This document shows positions 49,959 to 55,462 of a stretch of 55,462 nt of DNA, in pieces (position 1 is the first letter of the stretch; each line of letters starts with the position of its first letter). The DNA comes from Candidatus Aenigmatarchaeota archaeon (lineage in GTDB: Archaea > Aenigmatarchaeota > Aenigmatarchaeia > CG10238-14 > SCSR01): contig JAPLUY010000058.1 of assembly GCA_026397385.1 (NCBI GenBank), positions 1 through 55,462 of the forward strand, in the 5' to 3' direction. A program made the position numbers and the translations under genes. The notes under the pieces are model-generated. The model made no database searches and was not told the origin of the DNA. It was given only the letters and a program-made list of their open reading frames with translations.

Positions 49959-51452
49959 TTATACGGCCATCAGTTCTATTATCGGTTTGTTCGTGGTGGA
50001 GTTCGTATCCACATGGCGCACCTGCACGCTGTAGCTGCCTTTCGAAAGCCTCAGCGAGCCGCTGATGTCGATGTTGTCATAGGGCACAAGCAAAGTCAGC
50101 TTGTCGTTCGCGACGCTGGTCACTAACACGTCGTCGAACTTCGTCTGGCCAGCGGGATTTGAAAGAACTATTGATGGTGTCATCTTGGCTGTTATCGTCT
50201 GCGTGCCTGTCGCGAGCAGCTTCTTGGCGCTGGTCTCGTACAGCGCCGCTATCTCGCTAGTGGAGAGCGAGCGGTTGAAAATCATGACCTCGTCGATGGT
50301 GCCGTTGACAGCTCCTCCTCCGTAAAGCGTGTTTGACACGCGCAGGACCGTATGGCCATAGTTAATCTGGCTGAAGAGTTCGTTACTTCTCGTCTGCACG
50401 CCGTCCACATATATCCTAATTCCAAAAGTGCTGTTGTCGAAGGTTCCTACAATATGATGCCATTGGTTCCAACCGATTGTGGATATAGACGTGGTTCCGA
50501 CCTGGCCTTCGTTATTGTTTATCTGGAAAAGGGGGTAGCCGTCCGAAGAAACTTCCAGCGTGTATCCTGTCCATTTGGCCAGCACTATGTGCCTAGTTCC
50601 GTCAGAGCTTAGATTGACCCACGCGGAAACCGATATGCTGGCTGGTTCCAGAGAATTCGAATGGACCATTTCGACATAGTCGTTATATCCATCGAACCTT
50701 AGGCAGTTCCCGGATTTGCAGCTTTCATCGCTCTGCCAGCCGCTCGTCGCGTTGCCGGTGGTGTTCATCAGCGTCAGGGTGCCGTTGTTGCGGTTGCCGC
50801 TCCAGTCGTACGCCATGTTGCCGTTCCCTTCGTCCATGGTCCAGTAGCCTACAAGGCTCTCCGGGTTGGTCGGCAGAGCGAAGACCTGCCCGCCCGTTGT
50901 GCCGCTGATATTGGCTATCGTAGCGCTGAATTGCCAGTTTGCAATCGAGCTCGTGATGTTATGGTATGACGTGCCGTTCGTTATCGAATAAGCGCCTGAT
51001 GAGGCTACAGCCTGGCCTGACATGTTTGTCCACGCGGGTGTGGCCTTAGCACCGTCTGCGTATGAGCCGAAGTATTCCGCGAACTCCAGTCCGCGCTCTA
51101 TGTGCGCGATTCCCTTCGTGCCAGACAAATCCAAGGCCTCGGTCGGCGTGTATTCGAAGTACATCCAGTCATTCGTCGTGTCGGTTCGCATCATGCCGTC
51201 GGTTATAGTTATCGGAACGACCCTCCTCGAACCGTCCGGCTCCGATGCCACCTCCTTGACGGCGGCGTCCACGGTGGCGAGCGTGTTGAACTCGTCGTTG
51301 ATCACAGCCGTGTCCCTCGCACGGTTGAAAGTCGGTGTAACGACCGTCAGCGTAAGACCCAGAGCGACGACTGTGAGAAGCGTCACGAGGACCGTGGCAA
51401 TCAGCGGGCTGACGGCTTTCCTGCCAAGACGATCATCGCAATCATTAGCCAT
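49959..51452 (-). CDS. type IV pilin-like (class III signal peptide) protein fused to a LamG/concanavalin-like domain, paralogue 3 (497 aa)
   Basis: N-terminus LGRKAVSPLIATVLVTLLTVVALGL (DUF1628/archaeal pilin-like). The LamG module is YWTMDEGNGNMAYDWSGNRNNGTLTLMNTTGNATSGWQSDESCKSGNCLRFDGYNDY...GTIDEVMIFNRSLS. Confidence 0.8.
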   Translation of the reverse strand: MANDCDDRLGRKAVSPLIATVLVTLLTVVALGLTLTVVTPTFNRARDTAVINDEFNTLATVDAAVKEVASEPDGSRRVVPITITDGMMRTDTTNDWMYFEYTPTEALDLSGTKGIAHIERGLEFAEYFGSYADGAKATPAWTNMSGQAVASSGAYSITNGTSYHNITSSIANWQFSATIANISGTTGGQVFALPTNPESLVGYWTMDEGNGNMAYDWSGNRNNGTLTLMNTTGNATSGWQSDESCKSGNCLRFDGYNDYVEMVHSNSLEPASISVSAWVNLSSDGTRHIVLAKWTGYTLEVSSDGYPLFQINNNEGQVGTTSISTIGWNQWHHIVGTFDNSTFGIRIYVDGVQTRSNELFSQINYGHTVLRVSNTLYGGGAVNGTIDEVMIFNRSLSTSEIAALYETSAKKLLATGTQTITAKMTPSIVLSNPAGQTKFDDVLVTSVANDKLTLLVPYDNIDISGSLRLSKGSYSVQVRHVDTNSTTNKPIIELMAV

Positions 51453-51499
51453 ATAATTAATTCGTGCCCGATAAGAATATCCGAGCCTGTACGTCGGGA

Positions 51500-52981
51500 C
51501 TATGCTTCCTTTATTTGGAGTGTCTGTTTGTTCGAAATCGCGTTTATGCCCATGTTCGTTATCTCTATCTGCTGCTGGCCTCTGGCCGCGCGCATCGAGC
51601 CGTTGATGTCTATGCCGTTGTAAGGTACCAGCAATGTTATGTCGCCGTTTCCGCTAGAGACCGTGACGTCGTCGAAGCTAGTCTGACCGGACGGGCTGGA
51701 CAGGACTATGCTAACGTTCGTGGCTGGCGTGATGCTCTGCGTGCCGGTTGCGAAAAGCTTCTTCGTGCTGGTCTCGTAGAGCGCATTCATTTCGTTGGCT
51801 GAAAGCGAACGGTTGAAAAGCATCACCTCGTCGATGGTGCCGTTGAAATAATCGGAACTTGTCCCAGATGTCGAGAGTCCGATTTTGGTAGGCTGTGTGT
51901 TGCTGGAACCTATCGAGAAAGTGGCTGTCCCTATCTGCGCACCGTTTTTATAGAAAATCGCATGGGTGCCATTAGTTACGACGCCCACATGCTGCCATTG
52001 GTCCGGAGTGGTCGCATTCGAAATGCAGTACGACCAAGAACATGTGACAGAGCTTAAAAGGCAGAATTTGCTGGTCGAACTGTACAACATGTAGTTATAG
52101 TTGCCGCAATCGTTTGAAGCTTTTGTCAAAAGCCCAGCCTCAGCGGGCTGGTTGGAAAGCGGGTATATCCACATCGAAATGGCCAAGTTTCCTGTGATGT
52201 TTGGGGCGTTGCTTATGTTGACATAGTCGTTCACACCGTCGAACATCAGGCAGCTGCTGCCTCCCTTACAGTTAGCGGAGGATTGCCAGCCGCTCGTCGC
52301 GTTGCCGGTGGTGTTCATGCTCGTCAGCGTGCCCGTATTGTTTCTGCCGGAATAGTCGTATGATATCCCGCCCGAACCTTCGTCGAGCGTCCAGTAGCCG
52401 ATCAAGCTCTCCAGGTTCGTCGGCAGGGCGAAGACCTCGCCTTTCGACACGGCGGACACGTTCGTTATCGTAGCGCTGAAATGCCAGTTCTGCAGCGTTC
52501 CCGACACGTTGTGGTACGCTGCGCCGTTCTGGCCGGAATAAGCCGAATCGGTTATCGCCCACTGCCCAGAGACGTTCTTCCATGCTGGCGCGGCATTCGA
52601 GCCTGTTACGTACCAGTTGAAGTAGTCGGCGAACTTGAGGCCGCTTTCGACGTATATGCCGCCTTTCGTGCCTCCTATATCCAGGCCGTTGGTCGGCTCG
52701 TACGTATAGTACAGCCAGTCGTACGTGCTGTTAGTGCCGTACACGCCGTCCGACACGGAAAGCGACACGGTGCGCTTGGAGCCGGTCGACTCGGAAGCCA
52801 CTCCCTTGATGGTGGCATCCAGCTTCTGCATGTTCTGGAACGCATCCGACAGCGTCGACGTACTCCTGGCCGAGTCGAAGGTCGGCCCTAGAGCAATCAC
52901 GGTCAAGGTGAGTGCGGTGACGGCAACAAGCGTGATGAGCACGTACGCTATCATCGAGCTTACGGCCTTGCGTCCCGGCAT
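51500..52981 (-). CDS. type IV pilin-like protein fused to a LamG/concanavalin-like domain, paralogue 2 (493 aa)
   Basis: N-terminus MPGRKAVSSMIAYVLITLVAVTAL. It has the same domain order as 49959..51452 and 53019..54524 and shares long conserved blocks with them. Confidence 0.8.
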   Translation of the reverse strand: MPGRKAVSSMIAYVLITLVAVTALTLTVIALGPTFDSARSTSTLSDAFQNMQKLDATIKGVASESTGSKRTVSLSVSDGVYGTNSTYDWLYYTYEPTNGLDIGGTKGGIYVESGLKFADYFNWYVTGSNAAPAWKNVSGQWAITDSAYSGQNGAAYHNVSGTLQNWHFSATITNVSAVSKGEVFALPTNLESLIGYWTLDEGSGGISYDYSGRNNTGTLTSMNTTGNATSGWQSSANCKGGSSCLMFDGVNDYVNISNAPNITGNLAISMWIYPLSNQPAEAGLLTKASNDCGNYNYMLYSSTSKFCLLSSVTCSWSYCISNATTPDQWQHVGVVTNGTHAIFYKNGAQIGTATFSIGSSNTQPTKIGLSTSGTSSDYFNGTIDEVMLFNRSLSANEMNALYETSTKKLFATGTQSITPATNVSIVLSSPSGQTSFDDVTVSSGNGDITLLVPYNGIDINGSMRAARGQQQIEITNMGINAISNKQTLQIKEA

Positions 52982-53018
52982 ATTATCTAATTATGCCCCG
53001 TTAAAATTATCCTCGCGG

Positions 53019-54524
53019 CTACTGCGCGGTTATCTGCACGGTTGTCCTGCCTGTGGTCGCGTTGACTCCCATGTTGCGCAGCGTCAACTGGTACTCGCCC
53101 CTGGACGCGCGCAACGTGCCGTTTATGTCTACGTCCGAAAGCGGCACTACGAAAGTCAGCCTCTGCGAGCCGTCCGTGACCTCCACGTTGTCGAACGTCG
53201 TCTTGCCGAATGGGGCAGACAGGACTATCGCCGGATTGGCCACCTTCGATGCTATCGATTGCGAGCCGCCCGCTCCGGAGATTTTCTTCGTGCTGGTCTC
53301 GTACAGCGCCGCTATCTCGCTAGTAGAGAGCGAACGGTTGAAAATCATCACCTCGTCGATGGTGCCGTTGAAATAATTGCCTGTCGAACGCCTGCCTATC
53401 GCCGCCTCATCGATAGTCCAAGTCCAATAATTATTCGCATCGGTGGTCGTTATATTGGCGCCATTAAGCCAAAGATTTGGGTTGCCATTTATATCATAGA
53501 CGACAATTACATTATTCCAAACATCGTTGACGAAAACGCTGTTCACGTTGAATGTGGGTTTTGTGTTGTCAGCGGACCCGACTCTGGTGATGAAGTAATT
53601 CGTCGCACCGCTGACATAGAAACCCAATCCGATTTTTGAATCATAATGGCCGAAAACAATCTGGTTGCCGTTTGCGAATGAGCCTTTGACCCATACCGAA
53701 ATGGTCGCTGGAGTAGAAGGTAAATCGTTATCCAAAGCGTTTCCCAAACTGATGTAGTCATTCACCCCGTCGAACTTCAGACAGCTCCCGGACTTGCAGT
53801 CGGTGGAGTTCCAGCCGCTCGTCGCGTTGCCGGTGGTGTTCATGTTCGTCAGCGTGCCGTTGTTGCGGTTTCCGGAATAGTCATAGTCAACGCTTCCGTT
53901 CCCTTCGTCCATCGTCCAGTAACCGATGAGACTTTCAGGATTTGTAGGCAGCACGAACACCTTTCCGCCTGCGCTGCCGGACACGTTGCTTATCGTCGCG
54001 CTGAACTTCCAGTTCGTTATGGATCCGGAGATGTTGTGGTACGTGGTGCCGTTAATGCCTACGTATCTGTAGTCGGAAGTGCCCCAAGCGCCCGACATAT
54101 TCTTCCATCCCACAGCGGACGAACCCGAACCACTCGCGTACGAGTCGAACCAGTCCGCGAACTTGAGCCCCTGGCGCACGAGGACATTGCCCTTCTGGCC
54201 TGAGAGCTGCGTGGGTTCAGAAGGGTCTAGCTCGAAGTAGAGCCAGTCGTACGTGCTGTTCGTGCGGTACGTCCCGCTTGAGACCGACAGAGACACCGTT
54301 CTAGTCGAGCCCTGCGCCTCCGATGCGACGTCGTTGACCGCAGTCCTAAGTACCTCTAGGGTCTGAAAAGCGTCGTTCACTACAGACGTGTCCTGCGCGC
54401 GATTGAACATCGGGCTCACGGCGCCGAGTATTATCGCGAGCATGGTCACTCCGAAGAGGATAGTGAAAACCATTTCTATGAAGGGGCTTATTGCTTTCTC
54501 GCCGGGCACCGCTGCGGCCGTCAT
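53019..54524 (-). CDS. type IV pilin-like protein fused to a LamG/concanavalin-like domain, paralogue 1 (501 aa)
   Basis: N-terminus PGEKAISPFIEMVFTILFGVTMLAIILG. The LamG module is YWTMDEGNGSVDYDYSGNRNNGTLTNMNTTGNATSGWNSTDCKSGSCLKFDGVNDY...GTIDEVMIFNRSLS. Confidence 0.8.
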   Translation of the reverse strand: MTAAAVPGEKAISPFIEMVFTILFGVTMLAIILGAVSPMFNRAQDTSVVNDAFQTLEVLRTAVNDVASEAQGSTRTVSLSVSSGTYRTNSTYDWLYFELDPSEPTQLSGQKGNVLVRQGLKFADWFDSYASGSGSSAVGWKNMSGAWGTSDYRYVGINGTTYHNISGSITNWKFSATISNVSGSAGGKVFVLPTNPESLIGYWTMDEGNGSVDYDYSGNRNNGTLTNMNTTGNATSGWNSTDCKSGSCLKFDGVNDYISLGNALDNDLPSTPATISVWVKGSFANGNQIVFGHYDSKIGLGFYVSGATNYFITRVGSADNTKPTFNVNSVFVNDVWNNVIVVYDINGNPNLWLNGANITTTDANNYWTWTIDEAAIGRRSTGNYFNGTIDEVMIFNRSLSTSEIAALYETSTKKISGAGGSQSIASKVANPAIVLSAPFGKTTFDNVEVTDGSQRLTFVVPLSDVDINGTLRASRGEYQLTLRNMGVNATTGRTTVQITAQ

Positions 54525-54581
54525 ATAACTAGATTCGGCCGTCGCGGTAATAACTTTTCCATCGACGAGAGGATGGCTCGC

Positions 54582-55220
54582 TCAGCTGAGTGTGATGTAC
54601 TTCTGGTACTGGCTGACATGGCTGGCGCTCGCTCCCGCCAGCGCTACGTAGAAGAAGCCCGTGTAGGTGTCCTGTTTCTTCTTTGTCGTTATCTGTATCG
54701 TGTACTTCGTCGCCGCTCCCCCAGGGATGTTATAGGTAACGTTCATCAGATACGTGTCGCCCGGTTTCATGTCGAAAGTCGTGGCCCAGAAGTCGTTGTT
54801 CGCGACGCTGGAGTTCGAGCCCGTCTGACCGTTCACCTCCAGCGAGGCGTTAATCGGCGACCCGAGAGAGTTAAAAGTCGTGACGCGCAGCGCCTTAAGC
54901 GTCTGGTTGGCGACAGTTCCTACGAAGAGCGTGTCCAGGCTCATAGCCCTTCCCGACATCTCGGTACGAGCGAAACCGGCGAAGTCCACGATGTTCGCCG
55001 TGATGTTGCCAGGAGCGTTCGCGGACATGTCCATGGTCGCGTTGAACTCGTTCAGGACGTTGTCGAAAATCTCCGATTCCAGCGTTGACTTCATGACGTT
55101 CTCCTGCTCAACGGATGCAGGCGAAGACATGCTGAAACCTAGCACGACTAGCACCGCCACTATGACTACCGCAGCTATCAGGAACATCTGGCCCTTGCGG
55201 CCCGGCATGAACGCAAACAT
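54582..55220 (-). CDS. small type IV pilin-like protein (class III signal peptide; ~212 aa)
   Basis: ATG at 55220, one nt after the upstream stop. MFAFMPGRKGQMFLIAAVVIVAVLVVLGF has the KGQ-plus-hydrophobic-helix signature of archaeal pilins/archaellins. Confidence 0.65.
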   Translation of the reverse strand: MFAFMPGRKGQMFLIAAVVIVAVLVVLGFSMSSPASVEQENVMKSTLESEIFDNVLNEFNATMDMSANAPGNITANIVDFAGFARTEMSGRAMSLDTLFVGTVANQTLKALRVTTFNSLGSPINASLEVNGQTGSNSSVANNDFWATTFDMKPGDTYLMNVTYNIPGGAATKYTIQITTKKKQDTYTGFFYVALAGASASHVSQYQKYITLS

Positions 55221-55221
55221 T

Positions 55222-55462
55222 TCAGTCGAACCCCCATAAATATACGCGTACCTCCCTCGGACTGTAGCTGCCGGACCACCCCGCAACGATGTAGCCGACC
55301 GTCACCACGCTGCTAGCGCCTGCCGAAGGCACGGGCAGTTCCGTTGTGTTGGTCGTCGAGTTGAACACCGCCACGCCGAGGTTTAAAGTGCTCGGGATGT
55401 ACGCCTGCAGCTCCGTGCGTATGGCCGTAGCGTTGTTGTCCACAGCGTTCTCTCTAAGGTCG
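55222..55462 (-). CDS. 3' end of a further surface-module gene (partial, continues beyond window)
   Basis: The frame is open to the window edge. The C-terminus ...NSTTNTTELPVPSAGASSVVTVGYIVAGW... carries sequons and is tightly coupled to the downstream pilin-like gene. Confidence 0.45.
   Translation of the reverse strand, partial: DLRENAVDNNATAIRTELQAYIPSTLNLGVAVFNSTTNTTELPVPSAGASSVVTVGYIVAGWSGSYSPREVRVYLWGFD

Overview
This window is an archaeal chromosomal fragment. Host genes are GC-rich with mostly G/C third codon positions, and several sharply AT-rich islets interrupt them. I judged composition by eye and did not compute GC values.

The core is the conserved archaeal information-processing cluster on the minus strand: rpoH, rpoB'', rpoB' read through into rpoA' as one ORF, rpoA'', L30e, nusA, S12, S7, EF-2, EF-1alpha, an extra ORF, S10, and a tiny eL41-like ORF. 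Other housekeeping genes are:
- a thermosome gene with an interrupted reading frame
- an ogt/GNAT/regulator operon and a NUDIX hydrolase
- DNA ligase, ThrRS, TsaC/Sua5, MTAP, CCA-adding enzyme and RNase Z
- a Zn-ribbon protein plus EF-1beta, and PGI/PMI
- DUF655, rpoF, L21e and Pus10
- SRP54, FtsY and prefoldin alpha

I found seven tRNA genes by hand folding. Three of them (Ile-UAU, Tyr-GUA, Arg-GCG) only fold if introns are removed, and some of those introns sit at non-canonical positions.

Accessory content:
1. An AT-rich islet at about 2.3-4.7 kb holds a Panacea-like plus RelE-like (zinc-ribbon insert) gene pair, an iteron-like repeat field and an orphan HEPN-motif gene.
2. A free-standing LAGLIDADG endonuclease gene abuts the intron-bearing tRNA-Ile and overlaps it antisense.
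3. A roughly 10-kb surface module at 45.4-55.5 kb encodes five LamG/concanavalin-like lectin modules. Three of these are tandem paralogues fused to archaeal type IV pilin-like (class III) signal peptides. The module also includes a small pilin-like protein and a TrmB-like regulator.

I saw no rRNA, CRISPR array, integrase or transposase. The split rpoB, class III signal peptides and multi-intron tRNAs suggest a euryarchaeal or DPANN-like lineage, but this is inference only.
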